A model generated the notes under the pieces. That model was not told the DNA's origin. It saw only the letters and a list, made by a program, of their open reading frames with translations, and searched no databases. A DNA stretch of 64,000 nt from a virus, in the IMG/VR virus record IMGVR_UViG_3300020045_012645, positions 1 through 64,000 of that record; one strand, given 5' to 3'. Shown piece by piece: positions 40,601-49,280 of this stretch (the first letter of the stretch is position 1; each line of letters begins with the position of its first letter). The position numbers were made by a program, and so were the translations under genes.

Positions 40601-43574
40601 TGAAGATAATATTACTGAAATGTACAATCTATGGAAAGATGATAATACTAGAAAACTATCTTATATGTATGCTGGTATAGATACTCCAATGATTGAAAAA
40701 ATGACAAGTAGTGAAATAGAAAAAGCATTGACTAAAAATAGAAATGAAAGACTTGAATTAGACTCATTAATGAAGTTCTATGAAGAAGCTGGTACTGATA
40801 AAGAATTTTATTTACCATGGGACTTTGTTACATCTGGAAGATATATGGTTAGTTCAAACATAAATCCTCAAGGTAGTAAAATTACTAGATTTTTAGTTAG
40901 TACAGAAGGTACTAGAACAGATATAACATTAAAAGCTAGAGATGGTGTTGTATCAATTGATGATAAACAATTAGGAATGATTAAAAGATCACTTGCTCAA
41001 TCGTTAGATTATGGATTAGATAAAGACTTGGACTTATTTGTTATAGACAAGATGGAAAAAGATATCAAAATAAGCGATGACCTTATTGTAACATTTGGAA
41101 CTAGTCCAAAAGCTAAAGTAATTAGTGATGCATTTAATTATTTCAAAGAAATCATTTTATCTGGTACTGATGGTAAAGCGTTATCTGAGTTAACAGAAGG
41201 TGCTAAACTTGTTGAGAAATTAACTTTAAAAGGTATTTCAGAAGAACCAGAATTTGAAGGATTTCATGCTGTACAAACTATTAGAGAGTTGGCTAAGTTA
41301 AGCATTAAAGCTGATGAATTGAAAGAAGCATCATTGAGTGTTGGTTCTGAGAAAATTAACCATGAAGAATCTGTAGGCACTCATTTTGTTATAGAAGCCG
41401 ATGGTATTACATCTGGAATGATGATTACGCTTGCTCAAATTATGAGTGATGATGCAATTGCATTATTTGAAAAAGGTGGTATTTATACTGAAGAATCTGT
41501 TGAATTTTGGAATGAAATCACTCAGGCATTTGAAAAAGCTGGATTAATTAAAACTGAACATTTAGCTGATCTAAAACAAGAAGATGGTTCATATAAAATT
41601 ACTCATGGATTATTGAATAGAATTGGTAAAGTAATTTCAGATAAAAATAATAAAGAAAAAGTTGATTCAGTATTTGAAAAAGACGAGAATGATACAAGAA
41701 GAACCAGAGCTGGCTTCAAAGACTTCTATAATACTATAGCTTCATCTGTTACTAAAGATTTACCAGCAATTAGAAAAGCATTAGAAAAAGATTATTCTAA
41801 AAAATTAGATAAATATAACAATATGGAAGATGGATTTGAAAAAGACAATTTTTATAAGTATGTAAATCAAGCATATTTGTCTGTAGCGTTGATTGATGTT
41901 GTTGGTGCAGAAATTAGTAGGTCAATGGCTAAAGATCCTGTAATGGTGTTCATATACGGTTCTAGTACAGGAAGTATCAAGAATAAAATTTTACAAAACT
42001 TAGTTAAATCTACAATTGAGAAAAAGATTAAAAAATTATCAGATGAAGCCAATGCTTCTAAAAGTGGATTTATTAAAGTTGATGAAACATTCGTAAATGT
42101 ACTTAATGCTATGAATATTCAATTAAATAAAACTCAAGGATTATATGGTGTTGCAACTATTCCTAATACTTCAAAAGTCGTAGACTATACAAGAAATATA
42201 AATGGAGACATAGATGAAAGTGTTGTTAAGAATCTAGAACCAGATGTATATGATGGATACGATGGATATGTAAAAATTAATATTAGAGATTTACATAAAG
42301 TAAAAATAGATGGATCTATGCTATCTGATATTGCTATACCATCTTTAAATTCATATGGTGCTGCATTTGAGAAAGCATTTGATGATAATTTTGCCTTTAT
42401 TGGTGAATATAGAGATTCTATCAAAGCACTTGAAGTTGTTAGATTTGAAATATTTGATTTTAAATTTAAAGAAAAAGTTACTTCATTAATTAAAGATAGA
42501 AGTACTTCAGATTTTGCTTACAATCCAACAAATGAAGAACTTGATGTAATCCTTCAAGAATTAATAAACGAAGGTTTTGGACATGTTATTAAAGATATAA
42601 ATGGTGGTTATCATTCATTTGAGAAATCACAAGTTGAAGATTCTATGAATAGAACAAGTTTAAGAACTCACAATGAAAATAATTTAAGAGATGACAGTAC
42701 AACATCTGCATCAATTGACATTAGAAAAGAAGTTGTAAATACAGGAGCAGCTCCAGTTACAAGTATTCATAATCAAGATGGATGGCAAGTTAGATATGCT
42801 ACATTAAAAACTGGTATTCAAAATGTATTCGATGCTATTATATCTGGACTAGACAATCACGAAGATGGAACATACTTGTACAATGAAGGATTTAGCAAAG
42901 CAAATACTAAACATTCAATTTTACAAAGTCAATTAGTTGATATGGAAAATATTTTAGATAAACTTGGCTCAGATGGAATTGCTGAGTTATTATCTGGTAT
43001 TGATGCTTCATCTTCTATAAAGATATTAGATGTATTTGAAAAAATGACTAAACCATTGGTTAATAAAATGGCAGAAGAAAATTCTGAAAGCAAAAATGGA
43101 TTTGCAATAGCAGAAGCTAAAAAAGACATTACTAAACTTGACGCTCTTAGAAGATTTGCAAAAGACACAACTGTGTCATCAAATGAAATACTTGCTTCAT
43201 TAAATAAAAAAGTAGATAATGTTGCAATTGCTCACTTGTATGCAATAGATACTGGTAAGCAATTCTCTGGTACTCTTGGTGGATTCAAAGATATGAAAGT
43301 AGATACTACTAGAATCTTTAATTTTTATAATGATATAATCTATAAAGCAATAAGTATGCTAGATCAAGATTTAGTAGCTGAAGAAACTAATACTAAAACT
43401 GGTTTTGGTTATGTAGTTGAAAATTCATTACTTGGTGATTCTGCTGAAGTAAAAGCAACTAGAAAAAAACTATACAATGAAGCTTACTACAACGCAATAA
43501 ATCTTGGACTTAAGCCAGATCAAGTTGATGAAATAATGAAAATAGTAGAAGATCTTATGGATTGTAAACCATAG
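34662..43574 (+). CDS. Virion-encapsidated RNA polymerase (N4 vRNAP-like), N-terminal and polymerase domains
   Basis: VTSGRY, NPQGSKITR, motif A EADGITSG, motif B RSMAKDPVMVFIYGS, motif C VFDA. Confidence 0.93.
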   Translation: MAKDFEQRWAEVALNNSFTTDTEYSQPVDASISLTNRLLNLENTKQEKIKKLNETTSTLAGTDGIKPIPQYDENVKIVGMEDADTALLSDDRQVRISDPSLRYDAAEIKHAGDDSFKEKFLDVFGLGATGKSDFAEKRQKEQAARLYNKPVQYVTEQDILDVGNMQQVQAVADLYKNPGDTKFEAPLIKNSTQLDFNTGLDIDVGLQKSGTDEYGRTLGSFINKNTGENITRIQAESQRTNAFAPGTNDYTVNESGEVVKVNPGIIDRLENAAKGAGYQLAGGIADTLNLVPRAVEYAATDKTWDQSKGLYTETDQEALKKSIGYDDRYTQYVGKEATEAVKKAYEDGNYKELAGAFWDAATTPEVLGESTGFLLSMFMPGALAKKGVSAVSGINTAAKELIAADKTLSKVDAIAKAEDEAGIAYKISKGVAGQTGQIGMAEAQTQDAASEYEKTYGEQMSSERRTGAFLLNLASVNMDAAMGKAILLGNDPLAKVIKDTLVNSDDVVKKTMIEKIAKSVGLDTARVAGAILEEAGTEATQAGIENVSKYYNADKGVGVADVLENTAYDIGGAALMGGAGGAQMNRTGEVSRKLFDGSIGKLVPENFINSINKDVDTKVQYSFTPDLQYTERPGSENLSKDEMAFEGNQTISDIQKYSTKAIAESMYKGRDIKDARGNSITPEAGISGIIDTIRHENLAKNKYVVEDRQNRMNQINSIEDELIRNTEKAKYEESLYGSDLIDKEEYVKNFINTYSAMTKQLKDPKFDVNGDIRNKSIANTTKAFISKANAEPDSYIKDRLLSEFINGYIAESAKNTIYGKEGVDIKQFGSVGELSKDVMFGDKAEDYIKSLKAVKQVVFGSMPKNKDGNSGELEKELDQKINAFEKMYFDYKNKLNEMKSKNPDADLTLLNAKTKEDVNREIMDGSGFISSIFKPFKKSINGHMNMIRKNVNNIRTDKTGALSQTKSIDQMLTQVTKFNKFADTRTVNNSDAYADILEARYDGVSDSELAQMLFSRENEFSNIRKDVDASNINVDELPNELRKKRVPVYRVGLDSKKMTNELSTGEIMINEAKAFIKNLEEARLLLVGKISLQQELLGTVKNNKDRKAIEETIEKLQEKVDEINATIANQESNTAIINELRTKLLTPEVVKNLKRLYAQSKFKEESYFDKSRVPAIATEANVDNISTNKENGDTNGTKTTTEDTNVESGNQESESTIVEGKRESEARTKETGKDGTIEEKISPTVEESSKIDNTISGTDDKVNVVPDIVEEEIDVDSLSLDDQIAYYRKQVKAISKSERKIDVLKSDIDSRVKKANAVLDMLDSIQNSSIKHSENITKYEKRISEIETKLSDKSNKLSEIEKSELKKESSGKAIALADEKRYLESEQKNIKKYNGIKKSNSKKVKEIQVKLAKLNEFSDKNLNDGQKLLINNKIRTLEIQQHSIKWKDSVVQKSFETIKELEGQLEKDRLSSTDSFELNELEYKIKVSQRRYANDKFVDKTIRDKAIEIWKEDLEKKLAIDATKNIDESRKKYLVSSKISESIRMLENYEYHNLFINDVVTYTTTDKKYPLIRSSIKNNDVVAGYNLLDDMRKGIVKLSKKDKVYSALSKGITKKMEDSEVVAKLISNYFALKGNSYTNKINKEYPIGSESRSSFDAKLSNYLLYIHNSSFVDNDLIIRDSSNKLNADGSKVGESKSPDIVNYEIKQGKVIALDKDGNVVDTNQSVNLLSLLFGNETKEIKLGKDELKVSHTKFPKYFAEVVKVESIKEISNMYKILITNPNTDTETFDGIWGIDPSSDNAEELRTEVYENYLSKGIIPESVIVRALGQRIYKQLPITFDRNLLERYTEETIISQLGIYAIGQFENESNSVKVNIEDEVKEYGISRWKEINPVNKKLETQMIKIGDKTMNAIQLPMNEQAMKLLVDLSETLDYLSVSEDRKTPSFEPITRVPDTIKHKKTKLSDTAIETIKDYQSIAYKFEDNITEMYNLWKDDNTRKLSYMYAGIDTPMIEKMTSSEIEKALTKNRNERLELDSLMKFYEEAGTDKEFYLPWDFVTSGRYMVSSNINPQGSKITRFLVSTEGTRTDITLKARDGVVSIDDKQLGMIKRSLAQSLDYGLDKDLDLFVIDKMEKDIKISDDLIVTFGTSPKAKVISDAFNYFKEIILSGTDGKALSELTEGAKLVEKLTLKGISEEPEFEGFHAVQTIRELAKLSIKADELKEASLSVGSEKINHEESVGTHFVIEADGITSGMMITLAQIMSDDAIALFEKGGIYTEESVEFWNEITQAFEKAGLIKTEHLADLKQEDGSYKITHGLLNRIGKVISDKNNKEKVDSVFEKDENDTRRTRAGFKDFYNTIASSVTKDLPAIRKALEKDYSKKLDKYNNMEDGFEKDNFYKYVNQAYLSVALIDVVGAEISRSMAKDPVMVFIYGSSTGSIKNKILQNLVKSTIEKKIKKLSDEANASKSGFIKVDETFVNVLNAMNIQLNKTQGLYGVATIPNTSKVVDYTRNINGDIDESVVKNLEPDVYDGYDGYVKINIRDLHKVKIDGSMLSDIAIPSLNSYGAAFEKAFDDNFAFIGEYRDSIKALEVVRFEIFDFKFKEKVTSLIKDRSTSDFAYNPTNEELDVILQELINEGFGHVIKDINGGYHSFEKSQVEDSMNRTSLRTHNENNLRDDSTTSASIDIRKEVVNTGAAPVTSIHNQDGWQVRYATLKTGIQNVFDAIISGLDNHEDGTYLYNEGFSKANTKHSILQSQLVDMENILDKLGSDGIAELLSGIDASSSIKILDVFEKMTKPLVNKMAEENSESKNGFAIAEAKKDITKLDALRRFAKDTTVSSNEILASLNKKVDNVAIAHLYAIDTGKQFSGTLGGFKDMKVDTTRIFNFYNDIIYKAISMLDQDLVAEETNTKTGFGYVVENSLLGDSAEVKATRKKLYNEAYYNAINLGLKPDQVDEIMKIVEDLMDCKP

Positions 43575-43603
43575 GATCTTATTTTAAATAAAAAAGGAAT
43601 CTT

Positions 43604-46600
43604 ATGGGATGTAATGTTGAAAAAGCAAAAGTTAAAATAGCAGATATAATTAATTCAGGAATTAAAAATAATAGTGTATCGAGTTCTGAAAAAGCTATGA
43701 AGCAATCAGAACAATTTGCAGATATTCTTGACAAAATTAAATCAAATTATGTTTTAAACAAAGATGTAAAAGAAAATGCTAATTCAAATATTACTGAACA
43801 ATTAGTACCAGCTGAAGAAAAAGTTCCTGCTGAAAAAGAAACTAAAGGTTCTATGGATAGTAAAACAACTGAGAATATTGATATTATATCTACTGATGTT
43901 ACAAAGATAAATATTAAAGATGAATTACTTGGATTTGTTGCAGCTGGTGCTTCAAAACATGACAAAAATGTTGATATGGATTTCTTTGGAAGTTTTATTG
44001 AAACAATTAAAAAAGTATCTGCTAATTTAGAGAAATATGGATTAGACAAGAATATTGAATTTAGACAACATAAGATGGCTACAGATAGATATACTCGAGG
44101 AACATATACGTTTGGTGAAGATGTTGCCAAAGACAACAGTCATCTCTCTGGCTCTGATAATGGATACATGTTTGAAATAGATGGTGGAGTTGTAGATATT
44201 TATTATGGTAAAGGATTCTATAATGAAACTGAAGATGGAATTGTTCAAAATGAATTAAGACAAGATATTTCGTTAAGTACAAATACTGAGTTAATTATGC
44301 ATGAGATTCTTCACTCAATGATCGAGAAAGCATACGATCAAGATAAAGCATTGAATAGAGCATTGTTCTTATTGAAAGAACAAGTTATGAAAAAGATTTC
44401 ATACAAAGATTTATTAGGAAAAGATGAAAGTGAAGCTACAAATGCTGAGATTCAATTAGCTAAAGATATATATGCTTATATGCATAATCCAACTGAGTTT
44501 TTAGCTTATGCTGCTACTAATCAGAATGTGTTTCTTGCAATAAAAGATTTGACGATATCTAATACTTTAATTGGAAAATTTGAAGCTAAGCGTGGAGATA
44601 CAATTGGTAAATTCAAACAGTTTTTAAATAAATTTATTGATGCTATAAATAAAGTATATACAGCTTTAACAACTGGTGAAAGTGCTAAGATTGAGTTTGA
44701 TAAAATATTAAATGGACTTATTGAAGTAAATACTAAAATTGAAATTGGTGCATTAGATATTAAAATGCAAAAAGAATTTAAACCATATGCTGCGTTTGGA
44801 GTTGGTGAAAAATTCAAGAAAACAAATGACTGGATGCTTGAAGCTGAAAAAGGTACATTTAGTAAATTAAAAGATGTATGGTCTGCAGATAGTGTTAGAA
44901 ACAAAGCTGAAGGAGCTGGTAGATTTATTGAGTCAATTGGTGATTGGAGAGGACTTCAATGGCTTAGAGATACAAGACTAATATCTGATTTAGTTACTGA
45001 CATGGTTGAAGATACTACTTCTGATGGAGTTGCTTGGTTTTATGAATCTGTGCGTCATATCAAGGGTACCAGAGAGAAGGATAAGCTAGACTTTTCTTCA
45101 GTTATGAAAAAGAAAGTTGGAGCTGAATTTGGTGAGTTTAGCAAAGAAGAAAGATCTGCTGTTACATTTATGCTACAAGGAGACTGGAAAGCTCTTGGAG
45201 TTAGTTTATCTGAATATAAAGATATGTTAACTGACGAATCAAAAGTTGAAGCTAGGATTTCTGACCTTAAGAACCAGATAAAGCATCCTGAATATATCAA
45301 TCAATCTGCTATGCTTGGATACTATTTGGTTAATGGAGAAGCGAAAGGTTCTGCTACTATGAAAAGTGCATATCAAATTGTGCATAGATTTCATACTGGA
45401 AAAGAATCATCTCCATTACAAAGTGATATAGATACTGATTCAATGATTAAATTGGTTGATGAATTGTCTTCATTGTATGCGATTAAATATACTGAAAAAA
45501 GTATTAAAGATAATATTGTAAGAGCTATAGAAAGAGATGCTGATGTTGTTAGTTTTGGAAGTGATACATACTATGCTTACAGATTAAAAGAGCAAAACGG
45601 ACAACTTGCTATGTTTGGCAAATATATGGATAAAGGATATGTTAGAAAATCTGGTACTGTTGACATGAAATTTGATATTATTCCAGAAAGTAAATTAATT
45701 AGAAATAGTAAAATATCTGCATTAAATCATAAAATTATTAGAGAACTTCCTGAAGTTCAAAACAATATGCATGATGCTGGATTAAATGATTCATTTGAAA
45801 AATATTATCTTGTTGTTGAAAGAGATAGGGATCCAGCTAGAACTCAAGGTGTTCTTGATGATATATCTATTATTGAGCAAGGACAAGAGCTTGCTTCATT
45901 TACTGCTGGTAAAGAAATTGACTATGCTGACATGAAAAACTATACAATTAGAAGATTTGGTGCACATGAGAAAACATATTTAAATAAACCAATAGATGAT
46001 AGTATTGAAGCCATGAGAGATAGAAAAAGCTATAGCATATCAAATATAGATATTAATGGAAATATTGTTGGATATGCAGAACCAGTTAGTGAAGCTGATA
46101 AAATTAATTATGGAAGAATTAACAATGATATTGCCGATGTTATTGGAAATACTGCATCGCATATTCAATCTAAAGAAAAAGCATTATTAAATAATCAAAA
46201 TTTTATTGAATTATTAATAGCTGATAGCAATAATAATATTGGAACACCTGGTTATGTATTTATCAGTTCAGATTCAAAAGAAATTGAATTACAAAAATAC
46301 TGGGCAATGATTCCTGATTATAGTAGATCATTTATTGAGCATGAAACTGCCGTTAAAGGATTATGGGTTAAAAGAAGTAGGATTAATAATATCGTTGGAT
46401 ATAAAGATGTTAGTATAAGTAATATGAAATTGTTTGGATTAAAACTTGAAGATTATCCTCAATGGCAAAAAGCTATTAAGATAGTTGAACATACTTGGAA
46501 AGAAATTGCTAGTTCATATAAAGAGATAATCGTTAAGCTTATGCCAAATGTTATATTATCAAATGCTACAAGTAATATGTTTGTTGCAATGAGACATGGA

Positions 46601-47407
46601 ATTGGACCTATGGAATATGCTAAATCATTTAGAAAATCTTGGTCTGAATTGAGTGAATATATTGAATTGAATGAAGAATTAGTTAGTTTAAAAATTGATA
46701 GAGATATTGGTAAAAAAGGATTAAGTCCTAAAATAGCTGAACTTGAAAAAAGGCTAGAACGAAATGGAATGCATCCATTAATTAAAGATGGACAGTTTTC
46801 TATGATATTTGAAGACTTAGATAAAGATTTAATTGGAAAAACTACACATTTAAAAGATGTAGTTAGTTCTAGAATTGAAAAAACATTTGGTAAAAATGTT
46901 GCAGATAATCTTGAAGAATTTAGACAAAATGTTTATGTTACTAAAGACACAAGGGGCCATCAAGCTATTGAAAAGTTAACATTATTCAATGATATTATTA
47001 ATAAAAAAATAATTATGGATAAAATGATGCAAGATATTAATGAAATTAATTTTGCTACTACAGAAGCCAGAGAAGCTGCTGAGATAGATGTTCTTAATTA
47101 TCTTGATCAATTATTCGTAAACTATTCTTACTTGACTAATAAGTATGTTAAATGGGCTTCAGATACTAATACAATACTGTTTATTAAATATTTTTTAAGA
47201 GCTGGGAAAGCATCTTTGAATATGATGCGAAGAATGCCACTTGGTTCAACTATTGCAGAAGCATTGGATTCATTTGTAATGAATGTTCCAGATCCTATTG
47301 ACCAATATATGAGTCCAATTAGTACATTAAGTGGAAAAGTTGGATTAAGTCCAGTTGATATGCTAAGCGAGATATTATTCCCTAGAATCATTACTGTTAT
47401 GCCATGA
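43604..47407 (+). CDS. Separate gene equivalent to the vRNAP C-terminal domain (zincin HExxH)
   Basis: IMHEILH...EFLAYAATN; HPLIKDGQFS, LFVNY blocks resembling N4-like vRNAP C-termini; own AAGGA RBS; different frame from upstream ORF. Confidence 0.75.
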   Translation: MGCNVEKAKVKIADIINSGIKNNSVSSSEKAMKQSEQFADILDKIKSNYVLNKDVKENANSNITEQLVPAEEKVPAEKETKGSMDSKTTENIDIISTDVTKINIKDELLGFVAAGASKHDKNVDMDFFGSFIETIKKVSANLEKYGLDKNIEFRQHKMATDRYTRGTYTFGEDVAKDNSHLSGSDNGYMFEIDGGVVDIYYGKGFYNETEDGIVQNELRQDISLSTNTELIMHEILHSMIEKAYDQDKALNRALFLLKEQVMKKISYKDLLGKDESEATNAEIQLAKDIYAYMHNPTEFLAYAATNQNVFLAIKDLTISNTLIGKFEAKRGDTIGKFKQFLNKFIDAINKVYTALTTGESAKIEFDKILNGLIEVNTKIEIGALDIKMQKEFKPYAAFGVGEKFKKTNDWMLEAEKGTFSKLKDVWSADSVRNKAEGAGRFIESIGDWRGLQWLRDTRLISDLVTDMVEDTTSDGVAWFYESVRHIKGTREKDKLDFSSVMKKKVGAEFGEFSKEERSAVTFMLQGDWKALGVSLSEYKDMLTDESKVEARISDLKNQIKHPEYINQSAMLGYYLVNGEAKGSATMKSAYQIVHRFHTGKESSPLQSDIDTDSMIKLVDELSSLYAIKYTEKSIKDNIVRAIERDADVVSFGSDTYYAYRLKEQNGQLAMFGKYMDKGYVRKSGTVDMKFDIIPESKLIRNSKISALNHKIIRELPEVQNNMHDAGLNDSFEKYYLVVERDRDPARTQGVLDDISIIEQGQELASFTAGKEIDYADMKNYTIRRFGAHEKTYLNKPIDDSIEAMRDRKSYSISNIDINGNIVGYAEPVSEADKINYGRINNDIADVIGNTASHIQSKEKALLNNQNFIELLIADSNNNIGTPGYVFISSDSKEIELQKYWAMIPDYSRSFIEHETAVKGLWVKRSRINNIVGYKDVSISNMKLFGLKLEDYPQWQKAIKIVEHTWKEIASSYKEIIVKLMPNVILSNATSNMFVAMRHGIGPMEYAKSFRKSWSELSEYIELNEELVSLKIDRDIGKKGLSPKIAELEKRLERNGMHPLIKDGQFSMIFEDLDKDLIGKTTHLKDVVSSRIEKTFGKNVADNLEEFRQNVYVTKDTRGHQAIEKLTLFNDIINKKIIMDKMMQDINEINFATTEAREAAEIDVLNYLDQLFVNYSYLTNKYVKWASDTNTILFIKYFLRAGKASLNMMRRMPLGSTIAEALDSFVMNVPDPIDQYMSPISTLSGKVGLSPVDMLSEILFPRIITVMP

Positions 47408-47421
47408 TATTCTTCAATCAT

Positions 47422-47443
47422 AAGTACCAGCTAACTGGTACTT
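47422..47443. terminator. CTGGTACT-based hairpin at the convergence of the late and middle arms
   Basis: aagtaccag-ctaa-ctggtactt. Confidence 0.6.
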
Positions 47444-47447
47444 CATG

Positions 47448-47885
47448 CTAAAAGTCCATGTCTTTATATGGAGCTTTAACTTCTTCTTCAATCTCTTGTA
47501 CCCTTGATTGAGTCTTATCTTGTTCTTGTTTTGAGTTTGATTTTGTCTTTATATGTCCATATCCTTTTGGATATTTTGGAGCATATGCAAAAGCTTCCGA
47601 ACCACCATTGTCTATATAGTTTCTTGATTCAATTATTTTAACAAATTCGTTTTCTACTAAATATTTCATATGAGCTGAAAGAGTTTTTTTGTCTATTTTT
47701 AATTTCTTTGCCATTTCTGATTGAGACATTCTATTTGTAACTTCTTCACAATATCCAAATGATCTTCTAACTATATGCATATATAAAGGTATTTTTGAAT
47801 ATTGAATATTTTCTTCTGCAAATATACTGCATATTCCTATGTTTTGCCATCCATTATTACTATATTGTTCTATTGAGTTTTCCAT
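47448..47885 (-). CDS. Winged-HTH protein (replication-initiator N-terminal-like)
   Basis: LYMHIVRRSFGY...MSQSEMAKKLKIDKKTLSAHMKYLVENEFV. Confidence 0.75.
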   Translation of the reverse strand: MENSIEQYSNNGWQNIGICSIFAEENIQYSKIPLYMHIVRRSFGYCEEVTNRMSQSEMAKKLKIDKKTLSAHMKYLVENEFVKIIESRNYIDNGGSEAFAYAPKYPKGYGHIKTKSNSKQEQDKTQSRVQEIEEEVKAPYKDMDF

Positions 47886-47899
47886 ATTGAACTCCTCAG

Positions 47900-48328
47900 T
47901 TATTGCTTAAATATAGGAGTATACTTATGACTTGCAGAGCCAGCTCCTATTAGTTTGTGATTTGATTTTTCTATTTTTAAAAAACCATCACTTTCTAATT
48001 GTTTTAAATATTTTGACAATGTTTTTCTAGACATTCCAAATTTTTTTGCCAAATCTTCTTGGCTAACTCTATCTGTTGTAAGTTTTAATTGCGCCAAAGA
48101 TTCCTGGCACATTTCAACAAAGATACATCTTGGTTTTAATTTTTTTATAGTTTCAGAAGCATATACTCCACACACTCCTAGATTTTGAATAGAAGCATTG
48201 TATTCACTTATTTCTTGTCTAATATCTGGCTCTCCCATATGCTTTTCAAAATGCTCTATGTTTTTCAGAGCCAGGATTGAATACTTTTCTTTTGAACCAA
48301 TTTCGTTTAAAATTAGTAATTTTGACAC
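47900..48328 (-). CDS. Winged-HTH protein, paralog of 47448-47885
   Basis: VSQEDLAKKFGMSRKTLSKYLKQLESDGFL; GTG start. Confidence 0.7.
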   Translation of the reverse strand: MSKLLILNEIGSKEKYSILALKNIEHFEKHMGEPDIRQEISEYNASIQNLGVCGVYASETIKKLKPRCIFVEMCQESLAQLKLTTDRVSQEDLAKKFGMSRKTLSKYLKQLESDGFLKIEKSNHKLIGAGSASHKYTPIFKQ

Positions 48329-48477
48329 TTTAATCTTTCTGTAGTTTTTTAAATTTGAGGCAGATTCTGAAGTTTACAAGGCTTCGATTCTTTTTTAATC
48401 CTCAAGAAAGAACAGCAGAAATCAGGTGCCTTGTAAAACCTTTGATTACTGTTCTTACTTGAAAATTATATTTTAAA

Positions 48478-48500
48478 ATTATACACTACTTAACCTTAAA
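48478..48500 (-). promoter_or_regulatory. Sigma70-type promoter for wHTH genes
   Basis: Minus strand TTTAAG-N11-TATAAT. Confidence 0.65.
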
Positions 48501-48504
48501 GTTA

Positions 48505-48646
48505 TATGAAAAATTTACACATTCCAGATAGTGTAAAATCTCCACTATTGGTGGTGGAGAAATTCCCCTATTCGTAGTGGAAATTCTCCACTATTCGAGG
48601 AAAATTTCCCCCGTCTATAGATGGTGGAGAAATTCTACCATCTATT
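48505..48646. repeat. Iteron-like array of about 6 degenerate ~23-bp palindromic units
   Basis: tagtgtaaaatctccactatt / tggtggagaaattcccctatt / tagtggaaattctccactatt / tggtggagaaattctaccatct. Confidence 0.8.
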
Positions 48647-48720
48647 AACACCTGTTAAACATACCTGAGAAGGTATGTTAAAAAAATAGAACTGAAATTA
48701 ATCTATCGCTTCGCTTCGAT

Positions 48721-48793
48721 TAATTAAGAGTACCAGAGATATTGTTGGACTTTTACTTTTGCAGAAAGTTACATCATCTGGTACTCTTGATTA
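48721..48793. repeat. Inverted CTGGTACT pair
   Basis: aagagtaccaga ... tctggtactctt. Confidence 0.9.
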
Positions 48794-49093
48794 GATATGA
48801 TTTGTTCTGAGATATTCTAGTACTTCTTTACCTAAGTCAGTAAGCCATGCTCCTCTTGGAGAAGAACCATAGTCTATACAATTATTTAATAATCCAAGAA
48901 TTAACCAATATTCCATTACTGAAAGATTTTCTTGACCATTTATTGTTTCTGGTATTTCATCAGATATGAATAATCCTTGTTCTTTCCATGTTAAAATATC
49001 TTCCATGTGATTCAAAAGGTTATCTCTATCTAATTCTCCATATGTAAGTATTGGTAATTCATTAAACCAATCATTAAATCGTTCTTCATTCAT
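48791..49093 (-). CDS. Hypothetical phage protein
   Basis: DYGSSPRGAWLTDLGKE; AAGGA RBS. Confidence 0.75.
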   Translation of the reverse strand: MNEERFNDWFNELPILTYGELDRDNLLNHMEDILTWKEQGLFISDEIPETINGQENLSVMEYWLILGLLNNCIDYGSSPRGAWLTDLGKEVLEYLRTNHI

Positions 49094-49130
49094 TTGTTTT
49101 GTTTCCTTGTTGTTATATGTTGTTTAATAG

Positions 49131-49280
49131 CTAATATTTGTTCTGTGGCTTGTCGAATATGTAAAACCATGCAAAGACCAATCCAATGAAAAAGATTGCT
49201 CCTAATAGCTTTAAAATGATGCAAAATATCATAAAGATAAATATAGCAATTATGAATTTCAATGTATTCCATAATATCAT
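49131..49280 (-). CDS. 49-aa membrane peptide (MILWNTLKFIIAIFIF...)
   Basis: ATGA overlap with helicase stop; two hydrophobic segments; preferred over the track ORF 49090-49284. Confidence 0.6.
   Translation of the reverse strand: MILWNTLKFIIAIFIFMIFCIILKLLGAIFFIGLVFAWFYIFDKPQNKY

Noticed and set aside
43574-43604. Stop-codon readthrough or alternative genetic code joining the vRNAP halves
   Set aside because: ORFs are in different frames, the second has its own RBS, and standard code gives intact genes throughout.
48505-48646. CRISPR array
   Set aside because: Units are degenerate and adjacent with no unique spacers; no cas genes in the window.
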